Below are positions 7,825-18,780 of a stretch of 64,000 bases of DNA, one piece after another. The translations under genes and the position numbers were made by a program. The notes under the pieces were generated by a model. The model ran no database searches. It was not told the origin of the DNA and saw only the letters and a program-made list of their open reading frames with translations. Each line of letters begins with the position of its first letter. Within the stretch, counting starts at the first letter, position 1. Origin of the DNA: Candidatus Spyradenecus sp. (GTDB taxonomy: Bacteria > Verrucomicrobiota > Verrucomicrobiia > Opitutales > UBA953); assembly GCA_045535075.1 (NCBI GenBank), contig JAZSKX010000007.1:32001-96000 (forward strand). Reading direction: 5' to 3'.

Positions 7825-8355
7825 TTATTCTGTTTTGGGAGCGGCGCCCAAGGCGGAAATCAGCGGGGATTTTTCAACGCCCTCGATGCGGGAACCGGGC
7901 ATCGTGGAAACCGAGAAGTTGATTCCGTGTTTCGTGAAATTCAAATCGAACTTGCGAACGAGCAGGTTGATCTTGCTTCCGCCGACGACTTCGCGGCGTT
8001 CCCGCATTGTTTTCAGCAATTCGTCGATTTGTTCTGCCGAAGCGTCCGGAAGCGCAAGTAGTTTTTCGCGGGCGGCGGCAACAGCGGCATCGCCTTCGAC
8101 GAGAGCATTCCAAATCAGGACGGCGACATTCATTGCGCCTTTGAGTGCAGTGCGGTTTCCGCCGGCTTGTCCGAGTAGCGGGCGCGCAAAGTCGATAATA
8201 ATGTTTGCGATGTTCGGGCGATTCGGGTCTTGGATTGGTTCTGCCTGCGGCTCGGCACGTTCGTTAAGAAGAACTTCGTAGTGATGACCGACCGGTTGGA
8301 TTTTATTGGATCCGAATGCGCCGCGTGTTTTCTTTCGATTAAAGGAAGTTGCCAT
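7825..8355 (-). CDS. Hypothetical protein
   Basis: 176 aa ORF co-oriented with pgsA-pgpA. Confidence 0.75.
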   Translation of the reverse strand: MATSFNRKKTRGAFGSNKIQPVGHHYEVLLNERAEPQAEPIQDPNRPNIANIIIDFARPLLGQAGGNRTALKGAMNVAVLIWNALVEGDAAVAAAREKLLALPDASAEQIDELLKTMRERREVVGGSKINLLVRKFDLNFTKHGINFSVSTMPGSRIEGVEKSPLISALGAAPKTE

Positions 8356-8373
8356 ATTTGTTTGCTATTATGA

Positions 8374-8901
8374 TTAATTAAAAATGGATATGAATCCGTG
8401 GGCAAGCCAAAGGCAGGCGCAGGTCGCGAGCGCGGCCGCAAAATCGTCGGCGACAACGCCGAATCCGCCTTTGAGTTTTTGGAGGTCTTTGATTTTCCAC
8501 GGCTTGAAGATGTCAAAAAGGCGGAAAAGAGCAAATCCGGCTCCGAGCCATGCGAGCGTTCCCGCGTTCCCGCAGTCGATGACGTTCCCGAGTCCGGCAA
8601 AGCAAACCGGCATGACGGCGAATTCATCAAAATTTACTTCGCCCGGGTCGCTTTTTCCGAGGATTTTTTCGCCGGCTTCACAAATCGGAATTGCGCAGAC
8701 GACAAGCAAGGCTGAGAAGATGGAAAACTGCAGAAAGGTGTCCGGTATGTTTAGCCCGGTTTTTTGAAATGCGTAGTAATAAAAAACGACGCCCAGGAGC
8801 GAACCCCAAGTGCCCGGTGCCGGAAGCAGGCGCCCTACGGGACCGAGCGTTGCAAGCGAGGCGAGCAGTTTTTGCCCGGCGGATGATTGGAAGAAACTCA
8901 T
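8374..8901 (-). CDS. pgpA: Phosphatidylglycerophosphatase A
   Basis: APGTWGS, DPGEVNFDE, FRLFDIFKPW, GGFGVVADD. Confidence 0.95.
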   Translation of the reverse strand: MSFFQSSAGQKLLASLATLGPVGRLLPAPGTWGSLLGVVFYYYAFQKTGLNIPDTFLQFSIFSALLVVCAIPICEAGEKILGKSDPGEVNFDEFAVMPVCFAGLGNVIDCGNAGTLAWLGAGFALFRLFDIFKPWKIKDLQKLKGGFGVVADDFAAALATCACLWLAHGFISIFN

Positions 8902-8902
8902 T

Positions 8903-9541
8903 TTATTGTGCGGCGTCGCCGAGGAATATTTTTCGGTTGCGGATGAGGTAGCCGGTTCCGGAGTAAATCGTCAGAATGACGGCGGCGTAAAATGTCCAAA
9001 GCCCGAGTTCCCGCGCCCACGCGATTATTTCAACCGGAAGCGACGTCCAATCGCTTGCGAGTGCCTGCGCCGCCAAAAGCAGAGACATGGATGTCATCTG
9101 TAGCGCGGTTTTGATTTTTCCTGCTTTTCCCGCCGCAAGGACGATGCCGTTGCTTGCGGCAACTAAACGTAATCCCGTAATTAAAAATTCACGACAAATA
9201 ATTACCATGACCAGCAAAATGCAATATTGCGGGAGCAGGGTTTCGAGTTTGCCTGCGGCGTTCCCGTAGGCATCCGGCAGGTGCCAAGGCAACGCGAGCA
9301 GGGCGACGAAGAGACCGACCATGATGATCTTGTCCGTCAGCGCGTCCATGAGTTTCCCGAAGTTGGAAACGGCTCCGACTTTGCGCGCGATGTAGCCGTC
9401 GAGCCAATCGGAAACTGCCGCTAAGATAAAGAGGATAAGCGCAAGCGTGTCGCCGAATTTAATCGGAAAGCAAAGCAGGGCGACGATGATGAAAAGCAAC
9501 GGAATCCGCGAGAGAGTTAAAATGTTCGGAAGGTGTTTCAT
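8903..9541 (-). CDS. pgsA: CDP-diacylglycerol--glycerol-3-phosphate 3-phosphatidyltransferase
   Basis: PNILTLSRI, DWLDGYIAR...SNFGKLMDALTDK, REFLITGLR, GKIKT. Confidence 0.95.
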   Translation of the reverse strand: MKHLPNILTLSRIPLLFIIVALLCFPIKFGDTLALILFILAAVSDWLDGYIARKVGAVSNFGKLMDALTDKIIMVGLFVALLALPWHLPDAYGNAAGKLETLLPQYCILLVMVIICREFLITGLRLVAASNGIVLAAGKAGKIKTALQMTSMSLLLAAQALASDWTSLPVEIIAWARELGLWTFYAAVILTIYSGTGYLIRNRKIFLGDAAQ

Positions 9542-9614
9542 GAGTTATAACTTGCGAAAATGTGCGAAATGGAAAAACTTTAACGAATATCCCCTAAATT
9601 GAAAATTCAAAATC

Positions 9615-10130
9615 ATGGTTTCTGCAGAAATGGTTTCGCCGCGAGTCGCACTCTATCCGGGAAGTTTTGATCCCGTCCACAACGGACATATTCACATTAT
9701 CGAACGTTCGTTGCGGATGTTCGACAAGCTTTACGTCGCTGTTGCCAAAAATCCTTTGAAGAATCCGCTTTTTGAGCCGGAAGAACGCGTGGAAATTTTG
9801 CGGGAAGTCGTTGCGGGAACGCCCAAAATCGAGGTTGTGCTCATCGACGGATTGACGGTGGATAACGCCGTAAGGCTCGGTGCAGGCGTTATCGTGCGCG
9901 GCTTGCGCCTTGTTTCCGATTTCGAGTCCGAATTGCTTTTGGATATGCACAATCGACGTTTGGAGGCGCGCGTTGAAACGATTTATATGATGCCGACTCA
10001 GGATTTTCTGTATTACAATTCGTCTTTTGTGAAGCAGATTGTCCGTCTCGATGTTTCGCGGATTGACGGTTATGTTCCCGCCGCCGTCTTTGACCGTTTA
10101 AAGAAAAAGTTTTCGACGGCAGGCATTTAG
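9615..10130 (+). CDS. coaD: Pantetheine-phosphate adenylyltransferase
   Basis: YPGSFDPVHNGH, VRGLRLVSDFESE, SSFVK. Confidence 0.96.
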   Translation: MVSAEMVSPRVALYPGSFDPVHNGHIHIIERSLRMFDKLYVAVAKNPLKNPLFEPEERVEILREVVAGTPKIEVVLIDGLTVDNAVRLGAGVIVRGLRLVSDFESELLLDMHNRRLEARVETIYMMPTQDFLYYNSSFVKQIVRLDVSRIDGYVPAAVFDRLKKKFSTAGI

Positions 10131-10144
10131 CCGCGTGAACGCGA

Positions 10145-10172
10145 TTGACGCGGAAAACGTATACATTAAGAT
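10145..10172 (+). promoter_or_regulatory. Putative sigma70-type promoter of lemA
   Basis: TTGACG-16 bp-TAAGAT, 25 bp before the ATG. Confidence 0.5.
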
Positions 10173-10196
10173 TTCTAAGGAAATAATTTTTACGAA

Positions 10197-10796
10197 ATGA
10201 TAATTATCCTCGCTATCCTTTGTGTCGTCGGTGTCCTGCTTCTGATTGTCCTTTTATGGGGAATTTCCGTCTATAACGGGCTTGTCGGATTGCGGAACCG
10301 GATTAAAAACGCCTTTGCGCAGATTGATGTCCAGTTGCAACGCCGCTACGATCTGATTCCGAACTTGGTGGAAACGGCAAAGGGTTTTTTGACGCATGAG
10401 CGCGAAACGCTTCAGGCTGTTACGGAAGCACGTAATACGGCACTCGCGGCGGCGAAAACTGCGGGCGCGGATCCGACTTCCGCGAGTGCGATTGCCGGGC
10501 TCGGTGCCGCCGAAGGCGCGTTGAATTCCGCGCTTTCCCGACTCATGCTCGTCGCCGAAGCCTATCCGGATTTGAAGTCCGATAAGCATATGGCGCAGGT
10601 TATGGAAGAACTTTCTTCGACGGAAAATAAAATCGCCTTTGCGCGCCAGGCATATAACGACGCCGTCATGGTTTACAATACGCGCCGTGAATCTTTCCCT
10701 GCCGTTTTAATCGCGGGAACGCTCGGATTCGTCGAAACGAAACAGCTTGAAATCGACTCTCCCGAAGCTCGCAAAAACGTTAAAGTTCAATTTTAA
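10197..10796 (+). CDS. lemA: LemA family protein
   Basis: YNGLV, IDVQLQRRYDLIPNLVETAKG, EAYPDLKS, TENKIAFARQAYN. Confidence 0.95.
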   Translation: MIIILAILCVVGVLLLIVLLWGISVYNGLVGLRNRIKNAFAQIDVQLQRRYDLIPNLVETAKGFLTHERETLQAVTEARNTALAAAKTAGADPTSASAIAGLGAAEGALNSALSRLMLVAEAYPDLKSDKHMAQVMEELSSTENKIAFARQAYNDAVMVYNTRRESFPAVLIAGTLGFVETKQLEIDSPEARKNVKVQF

Positions 10797-10800
10797 GAAT

Positions 10801-11355
10801 ATGCACGAATCCACCGAACACGAAAATTTAGAGTCTATCATCGACAACGGACCCGATCCCAAGCCGCAAAAACCGCTTAAGGACGATCCGTATGAAATCT
10901 CATTGAATGCGCTGACAACGTATTTTCACCTGCGTCAGTTTTTCCCGGTTTTTATTATTCTCGTTTTCTTGGCGCTTCGCATTCTCGCGAGCGGGAATTT
11001 TATTTGGGCGGCAGCGGTGTTCTTTTTTACGTACGTGATTTTTTATAAAATCTCGACGCTTATCGCCGAACGCTACGCAAAGTCCGTTGTTTATTCTTTC
11101 AAAAATGATGTTGTTTCCGCTGAGACGACTTACTGCGGGTTCTTTTCTCAAAAGACGGTGCCGATTGATAAAGTTTCCCGCATTACTTTGTGCCGTACGC
11201 CGCTGATGCATTTTTGTAAGGTATTTGCGCTGGATCTTGATGTTTCCGGCGGCGGGAGCGGGAACCGTATCCGCTTGTACGGGCTTGCGGAAGCTTCACG
11301 CGTTCGCAATGCGCTTATCAATGCGCGAACGGTTGCTTTGAACAAAAAAGTTTAA
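10801..11355 (+). CDS. Membrane protein with bacterial PH-like domain
   Basis: Two TM helices then GFF..KTVPIDKV..I....TPLM pattern. Confidence 0.65.
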   Translation: MHESTEHENLESIIDNGPDPKPQKPLKDDPYEISLNALTTYFHLRQFFPVFIILVFLALRILASGNFIWAAAVFFFTYVIFYKISTLIAERYAKSVVYSFKNDVVSAETTYCGFFSQKTVPIDKVSRITLCRTPLMHFCKVFALDLDVSGGGSGNRIRLYGLAEASRVRNALINARTVALNKKV

Positions 11356-11379
11356 TCGGGTTTCGTTGAATTCCGTATA

Positions 11380-11416
11380 AAAATCCCGCATTCCGAATTC
11401 CGGAGCGCGGGATTTT
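11380..11416. terminator. Bidirectional terminator
   Basis: AAAATCCCGC...GCGGGATTTT between convergent genes. Confidence 0.7.
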
Positions 11417-11460
11417 CTGTTTTGTTTGAGGCAGGAAAACCGTTGGCGTTTTTGAGCCTC

Positions 11461-12048
11461 TTAAATATCGATGACGTCGTCGTCATGTTCGCGACGTTCT
11501 CTGCGGGAACGCGGCGGAGGCGGCGGATTTTGCATTCCTGCTCCCGGATTAATACGGATATTTCGGAAAATATTTCCGAGAAACGATTCGCGTTTTATGC
11601 CGAAAAACGCGCAAATCGCCAGTGTCGCCAAGCTTGTAAAAACGGAGCCGAGCATCGCGGACCCGAAACCGTGGACGATGAAACTGCTTCCCGCCAAGAG
11701 GCTTGCGAGCGAGAAAATGCAAGCATTAATAAACCAAATCGTAAGTGCAAATCCGATTCCGAAAAGCGCGAGTGTTCCCATGAGCGAACGCGGATTCAGC
11801 AGCCGCGTTCCCGCAGCTCCCAAGCCGAAAGTCGTCAACAAAAAGGGAATTGCAAATGTGAGCATCATCGGGCGCAGGAATGCGTTGAGCAGGCTGATGA
11901 GCATCGCGACGACGAACAGCGCAAGGAAATTGCTGTATTGAATGTGTGACGGACCGAGGATCCAAGCGGCAAAAAGAACTCCGAAAGCAATTATAAGTGC
12001 GTCGCGGAAAAAGGATTTTAGTTTATCTTCATTCATCGTGGAAAACAT
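11461..12048 (-). CDS. 4TM phage-holin-like / YvlD-type membrane protein
   Basis: LLNAFLRP, P..LTTFGL, INACIF, VHGFGSAMLGS. Confidence 0.75.
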   Translation of the reverse strand: MFSTMNEDKLKSFFRDALIIAFGVLFAAWILGPSHIQYSNFLALFVVAMLISLLNAFLRPMMLTFAIPFLLTTFGLGAAGTRLLNPRSLMGTLALFGIGFALTIWFINACIFSLASLLAGSSFIVHGFGSAMLGSVFTSLATLAICAFFGIKRESFLGNIFRNIRINPGAGMQNPPPPPRSRRERREHDDDVIDI

Positions 12049-12154
12049 GAAAGCGATTTGCGTGCCAAGTCGATGTTTTTTTGAAAACTTTTTCCGAAAA
12101 ATTCTGTTTCACAAGTTCATACGGAATCTTAAACTAGGCGTAACTTTATTGCTT

Positions 12155-12712
12155 ATGACAGACGAACAGAAAAAAGATGCGGAAGCCCGCCTGGAAAAAT
12201 TTCTTAATCAAACGCCTCAAGTGGATGAGTCCGCGTACGTCGCTCACGAAGCCAAGCTCATCGGAGCCGTGAAAATCGGTCCGCGCGCCAATGTTTGGCC
12301 GGGAGTCGTAATGCGTGCCGACATCGAGGAAATTCGTATCGGGGAAGGAACCAGCATTCAGGACGGGACTTGCATTCATCTTGCAGACGATATGCCGACG
12401 GTTGTCGGCGATTACGTGACGGTCGGGCATCGCGTGATGCTTCACGCCTGCACAATCGGGAATGAGTGTCTTATCGGGATGAGCTCAACGATTCTCGACG
12501 GAGCCGAAATCGGCAATCGCTGTATCGTTGCTGCGGGAGCGGTTGTTCCGCCGCGTATGAAAGTGCCTGACGGAGCGATGGTTGTCGGCTGTCCTGCGAA
12601 AATCAAAAAAATCCTTACACAGGAAGAACAGGAAAAGCTTCGCTATTGGGCGGAAAAATACCTAATCGTTTCTGCTGCACATAAGGCGAAATTCGGTTCG
12701 CAAGCGTTTTAG
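12155..12712 (+). CDS. Gamma carbonic anhydrase family protein
   Basis: Hexapeptide repeats, MRAD, IQDGTCIH, TVGHRVMLHAC; start MTDEQ chosen. Confidence 0.92.
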   Translation: MTDEQKKDAEARLEKFLNQTPQVDESAYVAHEAKLIGAVKIGPRANVWPGVVMRADIEEIRIGEGTSIQDGTCIHLADDMPTVVGDYVTVGHRVMLHACTIGNECLIGMSSTILDGAEIGNRCIVAAGAVVPPRMKVPDGAMVVGCPAKIKKILTQEEQEKLRYWAEKYLIVSAAHKAKFGSQAF

Positions 12713-12751
12713 CCGAGTCTTCCGCTTCGCGGGAACGCGGTTCGAATAAAT

Positions 12752-12781
12752 AAAAATCCCGTCGTCAGGCGGGATTTTTTT
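12752..12781. terminator. Bidirectional terminator
   Basis: AAAAATCCCGTC..GGCGGGATTTTT between convergent genes. Confidence 0.65.
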
Positions 12782-13280
12782 GCGGCTCGTCGCAAAGAGC
12801 GTCCAATTTTTCAAGTAGCCGGGCGAGGGCGCTTCGGGCGGCAAGCTCTTTTACTTCTGCCCGATTTGCATTCGGAAAAAGAAATTGCTCGGATTCGACA
12901 CCGTCCGGAGAGACAACAGCGATGCAGACAGTTCCGGCGGGAACGCCGTCCTGCGGACCGGGGCCGGCGACACCGGTTGTCGCAACCGCCCAATTTGCGC
13001 CGAGTGTTTTTGCCGCTCCGTTTGCCATGGCTTCTGCACATTCGCGGGAGACGACTCCGAATTTTTCAAGCAGTGTTGCGGGAACGCCGAGGATGTTTTT
13101 TTTAACATCAACGGAATAGGCGACAATCCCTCCGCGGAAAACTCTGCTTGCCCCCGGAACGTCGGTTAGCGTATCGGCAATTCGCCCGCCCGTACAGGAT
13201 TCTGCACAGGCGATGGAGGTATCGCTTCGGGCAATTGCTTTTGCCAAAATAGCTTCGGCGATTTGAAGACGCGTTTGCAT
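12765..13280 (-). CDS. CinA C-terminal / PncC nicotinamide mononucleotide deamidase
   Basis: AESCTGG, PGASRVFRGG, GVVS..CAEAMA, TTGVAGP. Confidence 0.92.
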   Translation of the reverse strand: MQTRLQIAEAILAKAIARSDTSIACAESCTGGRIADTLTDVPGASRVFRGGIVAYSVDVKKNILGVPATLLEKFGVVSRECAEAMANGAAKTLGANWAVATTGVAGPGPQDGVPAGTVCIAVVSPDGVESEQFLFPNANRAEVKELAARSALARLLEKLDALCDEPQKNPA

Positions 13281-13289
13281 TTCGGAATT

Positions 13290-14621
13290 TTAAGAAGCTT
13301 CGTCGTAGCTTGAAACCAAGGCACGAATGCGCTTTTCGGTTTTCCCCATGCGTTCGGCGAGAGCTTTTTTGTAGGCTTCCATATCGGCAATCGGCGCTTG
13401 TGCAACGCCTGCTTCTGCCGCCGCTTTTGCAACGGCGGGAGCTTCCCAAGCAAGAATACGCGGGTCGAGCGGTTTCGGAATTACATAATCCGGACCGAAA
13501 GAAAAGGTTTTTCCGCCGTAAGCGTTGACAACGGACTCCGGTACGGGTTCTTTCGCAAGAGCCGCAAGCGCTTTTGCTGCCGCAATTTTCATCGATTCCG
13601 TGATTTGCGTTGCTCGCACGTCGAGTGCCGCGCGAAACAGGAACGGGAAGCAGGAAACATTGTTGATTTGATTCGGCCAATCGGAACGCCCGGAACCCAT
13701 AATGCAATCCGGACGCGCGGATTTCGCGTCGTCGTAAGTAATTTCCGGATCCGGATTGGCGCAGGCGAAAACAATCGGCGAGGGCGCCATGAGCGCAATC
13801 AGGTCCTTTGTCAAAAGTCCTTTGCGGGAAAGCCCGAGGAAAAGATCCGCTCCCGTCAGAGCTTCCGCCAGCGTGCAATTTTCTTCCCGTGCGAATTGAA
13901 GTTTGCTCGTATGCAAATCCGTACGTCCTTTGTGGATTAACCCCTTTGAGTCGAACATGAAAACATTTTCCGAACGAATGCCGAGGCTCAGGTAAAATTT
14001 TGTACACGCAATGGCTGCCGCTCCCGCGCCGCTGACGACGACTTTCACCTTGGCGATGTCGCGTCCCGTCAATTCGACAGCGTTGAGCAATGCCGCTCCC
14101 GTGATGACGGCGGTCCCGTGTTGGTCGTCGTGGAAAACGGGAATGTTCATTTCTTGCTTCAGGCGCTCTTCGATTTCAAAGCAATCCGGCGCTTTAATGT
14201 CTTCCAAATTGACGGCGCCGAAAGTCGGCTCAAGCGCTTTGACGGCGGCAACGACTTCGTCGGGCGTTTTCGCGTTGAGTTCAATATCAAAAACATCAAC
14301 GTCGGCGAAAGCTTTAAAAAGCAAAGCCTTGCCTTCCATGACGGGCTTCCCCGCGAGCGGACCGATGTTGCCCAAACCGAGAACTGCGGTTCCGTTGGAA
14401 ATGACGGCAACAAGGTTCCCGCGTGCCGTGTAGTGTGCCGCCTTAGAAGGATCCTGTTGGATTTCAAGGCAGGGCACGGCGACGCCCGGCGTATAGGCAA
14501 GAGTCAAATCCGCTTGAGAAAAGCATGGTTTCGTCGGCAATACTTCAATTTTCCCTTGACGCGGGAGCGCGTGATACCGGGTTGCCGCAACTTCAAGTTC
14601 TGATTTTTGTAATGATTCCAT
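13290..14621 (-). CDS. NAD(P)-dependent malic enzyme (no PTA domain)
   Basis: [48 protein letters not shown]. Confidence 0.95.
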   Translation of the reverse strand: MESLQKSELEVAATRYHALPRQGKIEVLPTKPCFSQADLTLAYTPGVAVPCLEIQQDPSKAAHYTARGNLVAVISNGTAVLGLGNIGPLAGKPVMEGKALLFKAFADVDVFDIELNAKTPDEVVAAVKALEPTFGAVNLEDIKAPDCFEIEERLKQEMNIPVFHDDQHGTAVITGAALLNAVELTGRDIAKVKVVVSGAGAAAIACTKFYLSLGIRSENVFMFDSKGLIHKGRTDLHTSKLQFAREENCTLAEALTGADLFLGLSRKGLLTKDLIALMAPSPIVFACANPDPEITYDDAKSARPDCIMGSGRSDWPNQINNVSCFPFLFRAALDVRATQITESMKIAAAKALAALAKEPVPESVVNAYGGKTFSFGPDYVIPKPLDPRILAWEAPAVAKAAAEAGVAQAPIADMEAYKKALAERMGKTEKRIRALVSSYDEAS

Positions 14622-14719
14622 AAATGAAAAATTAAAAATTCCGAGCAAAATAATTTTTTTTTATCAGAATTGAAAGCCGAAATTGATTTTCGACTTTCAA
14701 GCACTTAGCGTAAACGCCC

Positions 14720-16012
14720 ATGAATTTTTTGCAGATTTTGTTCCTTGTTTTTTTTGCTGCGAAGTTTAGTGCGGATTTCCTTTTGGATTGGCTGAATCGC
14801 GGCTATGTTTTGAAAAAAGCAAAAGAGTTTGAAGCTGATAATTTTGCGAGTGCGCCGAAGCTTGGTAACGATCTTTACAAAAATTACGGGAAGTCGGTCG
14901 CATATACGGTTGAAAACATCAATTTCGGATTTTGCTCAATGACCTATTCGGCGCTTTGGAGCATTGCGTTGGTGCTTTTCCTTTTTGTGCCGGTTTACGA
15001 TTGGGCGGTGGGATTGCTTGCTTGGGCGCCGACGCTCGGCGGCTGGAGTTCCGTTTGGCGGGAAGGCACGATTCTCATTGCGTTTTCAATTGTGTATTCA
15101 TGGTTGGATCTGCCGTTTGATGCGTACGCGACCTTCAAAATCGAAGAAAAATACGGTTTTAATAAATCTTCGCTCGGGCTTTGGTTTAGTGATTTGGCGA
15201 AGTCCGTGTTGGTTTCCTGCGTAATCGGCTTGCCGCTGATTTGGGCGTTGATTGCGTTTTATTACGCGTTCCCGCAAACATGGTGGATTATTGCGCAATG
15301 TGTTCTTTTTGTGTTCCAGCTTTTCCTGCTCGTTATTTTCCCGAAGTGGATTCTTCCTCTTTTTAATAAGTTAACTCCGCTTCCCGAAGGCGAATTGCGG
15401 GAACGACTCGAAGCCTTGGCGCGGCGAACGGGATTTGTCGCCGAAAAAATCGAGGTTATCGACGGATCCAAACGCTCCGGACACTCCAACGCCTTTTTCA
15501 CCGGATTCGGCAAATGGCGGCGCATCGTGATTTACGATACGCTCATTAAGCAACTTTCCGCCGAAGAAATTGAAGCTGTCTTGGCGCATGAAATCGGGCA
15601 TTCCCGCCGCGGGCATATTACAAAACGGCTCGTTTTTTCGTTCTTCAGCGGCTTCGTGTCTTTGGGGATAGTCGCTTGGATTTTGACTCAACCGGCGTTT
15701 TTTGAAGCCTTCGGGTTTTCGTTTAACGAAGGAAAAATGCTTGTTCCCGCACTTCTGCTTTTGAGCCAAATTACTCCGCTCATTACTTTTTGGACTTCGC
15801 CGATTTCCAATTATTTTTCACGCAAACACGAATACGAAGCCGATGCCTTTGCGCGGGAAGCCGTCGGCTCTCCGGAGCCGCTCATCGCCGCGCTTGAAAA
15901 ACTCCACACGGAAAATCTTTCCAATCTCACGCCGCATCCGCTTTTCAGTGCCTTCCATTATTCCCATCCGACGTTGTTTGAACGCGCCGAAGCCTTGAGA
16001 AAAAACGCATGA
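14720..16012 (+). CDS. M48 (Ste24-like) zinc metalloprotease
   Basis: DGSKRSGHSNAFFTG, HEIGH, SRKHEYEAD, YSHP. Confidence 0.95.
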   Translation: MNFLQILFLVFFAAKFSADFLLDWLNRGYVLKKAKEFEADNFASAPKLGNDLYKNYGKSVAYTVENINFGFCSMTYSALWSIALVLFLFVPVYDWAVGLLAWAPTLGGWSSVWREGTILIAFSIVYSWLDLPFDAYATFKIEEKYGFNKSSLGLWFSDLAKSVLVSCVIGLPLIWALIAFYYAFPQTWWIIAQCVLFVFQLFLLVIFPKWILPLFNKLTPLPEGELRERLEALARRTGFVAEKIEVIDGSKRSGHSNAFFTGFGKWRRIVIYDTLIKQLSAEEIEAVLAHEIGHSRRGHITKRLVFSFFSGFVSLGIVAWILTQPAFFEAFGFSFNEGKMLVPALLLLSQITPLITFWTSPISNYFSRKHEYEADAFAREAVGSPEPLIAALEKLHTENLSNLTPHPLFSAFHYSHPTLFERAEALRKNA

Positions 16013-16461
16013 GCGAAAAAACGCTAAAACGCTTCGGACTTTGGGCGCTGATTCTCGTTGCTGCGGGAATCGCCTTTTGGACTTCATTTCGCAATGCCGT
16101 TGACATGGCTTCCATCGTGCGAACCGATGCCGACGGAATTTTGCGAGTAAAAGTTTTGAATACTCCCGACGACGCAGACGACTCGCCGTTGTATCTTCAA
16201 ATTACATACACGCATTCGGAACTCCGCGGGAACGACGGAAGGCCCGTCGCACTCCCGTTCCCGCAACCTTTTATTGCCGTTTTGGTCGATGAACAAAATC
16301 GGCTTGTCGCACAACTCGGCGAGCCTGATGCTCAGGGGAACGTTCCCGCGATTGAGAATTTTCCGCGCGGGGAAAAATATTTTTGGATCGGATTTCCGAA
16401 AATCAAAGAAGACGGAAAACCGGTGAGCCTCCTCATCAGAAATCCTTTTTACGGCAAATGA
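16009..16461 (+). CDS. Hypothetical exported protein
   Basis: ATGA-coupled to both neighbours; N-terminal hydrophobic segment. Confidence 0.75.
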   Translation: MSEKTLKRFGLWALILVAAGIAFWTSFRNAVDMASIVRTDADGILRVKVLNTPDDADDSPLYLQITYTHSELRGNDGRPVALPFPQPFIAVLVDEQNRLVAQLGEPDAQGNVPAIENFPRGEKYFWIGFPKIKEDGKPVSLLIRNPFYGK

Positions 16462-17351
16462 TTATGACGAAGAAGAAAATTTTCGCCGGGCTTTTTTGTG
16501 CTTTTCTACTCGCAGTCGCTTGTCTGATTCAGGCATTTTTTGTCGAACCGAATTCGCTGTCCGTTACGCGAAAGCAGATTCGTTTTGACGGCTGGGCGGG
16601 AACGCAAAATCGCATTCGTGTTGCCGTTGCCGGAGATTTTCATTTCGCGCCGAATGATGGCGCTCGAGCGGAAAAAATCGTTGAAGCCATTCTGGCGGAA
16701 AATCCCGACGCGGTCTTTTTACTCGGCGATTATGCCAACGGACATAAGCGGGAAAGCTCGATGTCTCCCCGGGCGATTGCAAAACATCTCGGGCGCTTGG
16801 CGGAAAAAATTCCCGTTTTTGCCGTACTCGGAAATCACGATGCATACGTCGGGCGGCGGGAAATCGCAGACGCGTTACGGGAACACGGCATTGTTGTATT
16901 TGAAGAAAAGGGGGGGCGGGTGTTGAGTTTGAAAAACGGAAACCGCATTTTTGTCGGCGGAACCTTGGATGCGCACAGCTATTTCCCTGTTTTCGATCGC
17001 GATGATATTCCCGAAAATCCGCACGCGGGAACGATGCCTTTTGTCCTGCTGTCGCATTCTCCGGATGTCTTGCCGTTTCTTGATGCGGGTATTGATTTGA
17101 CTTTGTGCGGGCACACGCACGGCGGACAAATCTGTTTGCCGGGCGGTCTGCCGATTTTTAATTCCTGCCGTGTTGCCGAAAATCAATTTTCTTCGGGAAT
17201 GCAAACCGTTCCCGCGAGCGGGAAGCCGATTTTTATCACGCGAGGCTTGGGCACAAGCGTACTTCCGCTTCGTTTCTTTTGCCTTCCCGAAATCGCCGTT
17301 CTTGAGCTTTTGCCCGCGAAGCAACCACGGAATACCTCAAGCTCGGAATAA
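16458..17351 (+). CDS. Metallophosphoesterase (YkuE-like)
   Basis: GDFH, LGDY, LGNHD, LSHSPD, GHTHGGQ, RGLG. Confidence 0.92.
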   Translation: MIMTKKKIFAGLFCAFLLAVACLIQAFFVEPNSLSVTRKQIRFDGWAGTQNRIRVAVAGDFHFAPNDGARAEKIVEAILAENPDAVFLLGDYANGHKRESSMSPRAIAKHLGRLAEKIPVFAVLGNHDAYVGRREIADALREHGIVVFEEKGGRVLSLKNGNRIFVGGTLDAHSYFPVFDRDDIPENPHAGTMPFVLLSHSPDVLPFLDAGIDLTLCGHTHGGQICLPGGLPIFNSCRVAENQFSSGMQTVPASGKPIFITRGLGTSVLPLRFFCLPEIAVLELLPAKQPRNTSSSE

Positions 17352-17519
17352 AATCCGTTTTTAGCCGTCTTACCGCAAAACCAATGCGCGGTTCTCCGTA
17401 GCCTGCGGATTAAATCGGAAGGTGTTTTTCTTCTTTGATTTCTTCGCTGAGAGGCGGGGAAGAATAGCGTTGAAAAAACGGTTTTTGGCGGCAATCTTTA
17501 AAAGCTCGGAATTTGCGTT

Positions 17520-17801
17520 ATGTTAAAAAAAATTGCTACGTCTACGGTTTTAGTTGCCGTTATTCATTTTCTTATCGTTGTTTGCTATGCGAACGGGCTC
17601 GGCGGGAATCTTGTTGCCAAAACCTTTGAGCTTATCGGGCAGCCGGGCATTTATCTTGCGCGGGAACTCGGATTCGGCGGTTTCGGGATTTTGGCCGGTC
17701 TCGGCGGGAACAACGTCGGTTTGTGGATTGTCATGGCGTTGAATTCATTGCTCTGGGCGCTTGTCCTAAGCGCTGTTTTGGCAAAATTTTTGAAAAAATA
17801 A
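17520..17801 (+). CDS. Small membrane protein
   Basis: 93 aa hydrophobic ORF. Confidence 0.7.
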   Translation: MLKKIATSTVLVAVIHFLIVVCYANGLGGNLVAKTFELIGQPGIYLARELGFGGFGILAGLGGNNVGLWIVMALNSLLWALVLSAVLAKFLKK

Positions 17802-17847
17802 TTACGCTTCGGAATTCGCTTTTATAAACTCATAAACTTTAAAAATT

Positions 17848-18777
17848 ATGGAAAACATCATTATTCTCGGAAGCGGTTGCGCGGGAGCGACAGCCGCCAT
17901 TTACGCGGCTCGCGCCGGCTTTTCCCCGCTCGTTCTCGAAGGTTCTTTGCCCGGCGGGCAGATTACGACAACTTCCGAAGTCGAAAATTTTCCGGGATTT
18001 CCGGAAGGTATCGACGGTTATATGCTGACATATAACATGCGCCAACAGGCTGAGAAATTCGGCGCGCGTTTCGAAATTGATCAAATCGAATCCGTTGATT
18101 TTTCCGATTCCGTGAAAAAACTCATTTCCAATACGGGGAAAGTTTACGAAACCAAGTCCGTAATCGTTGCAACGGGGGCGGCACCGCGTCTGACGGGCGT
18201 TCCCGGGGAAAAAGAATTTTACGGCGGAAACGGTGTAAGCACTTGCGCGACTTGCGATGCTGCGTTTTACAAGGGAAAAGAAGTTGCCGTGCTCGGCGGC
18301 GGGGATTCCGCTTGCGAAGAGGCGAACTTTATCACGCGCTTTGCTTCGAAAGTCTATTTGGTCCATCGCCGCGATAAATTCCGGGCGTCGGATATTATGG
18401 TCAAACGCGTTACGAGTAATCCGAAAATCGAATTGGTAATGAACGCTGCAGCGGAGCGGATTCTCGGCGGAGCCGACGGAAAAGTGCGCGCACTTGTCGT
18501 TAAAGATACGCTTACGGGAACGCTTCGCGAAATTCCGGTTTCGGGAATTTTTGTTGCCATCGGGCATGTGCCGAATACGAAATTCCTTGCGGGAGCATTG
18601 CCGATGGACGAAGACGGAACCTTGGTCTCTAACGACAATTCCGGCGTGCATACGCGCGTTCCCGGGGTGTTTGTCGCAGGAGATTGTGCGGATCGCCATT
18701 ACCGACAGGCGATTACGGCGGCGGGAATGGGCGCACGCGCCGCGCTTGACGCTCAGCGATATCTGGAAAACCAGTAG
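17848..18777 (+). CDS. trxB: Thioredoxin-disulfide reductase
   Basis: [37 protein letters not shown]. Confidence 0.96.
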   Translation: MENIIILGSGCAGATAAIYAARAGFSPLVLEGSLPGGQITTTSEVENFPGFPEGIDGYMLTYNMRQQAEKFGARFEIDQIESVDFSDSVKKLISNTGKVYETKSVIVATGAAPRLTGVPGEKEFYGGNGVSTCATCDAAFYKGKEVAVLGGGDSACEEANFITRFASKVYLVHRRDKFRASDIMVKRVTSNPKIELVMNAAAERILGGADGKVRALVVKDTLTGTLREIPVSGIFVAIGHVPNTKFLAGALPMDEDGTLVSNDNSGVHTRVPGVFVAGDCADRHYRQAITAAGMGARAALDAQRYLENQ

Positions 18778-18780
18778 CGT

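Noticed and set aside
11461..12048. Phage holin indicating a second prophage
   Set aside because: This 4TM family is commonly chromosomal and the neighbours are housekeeping genes.
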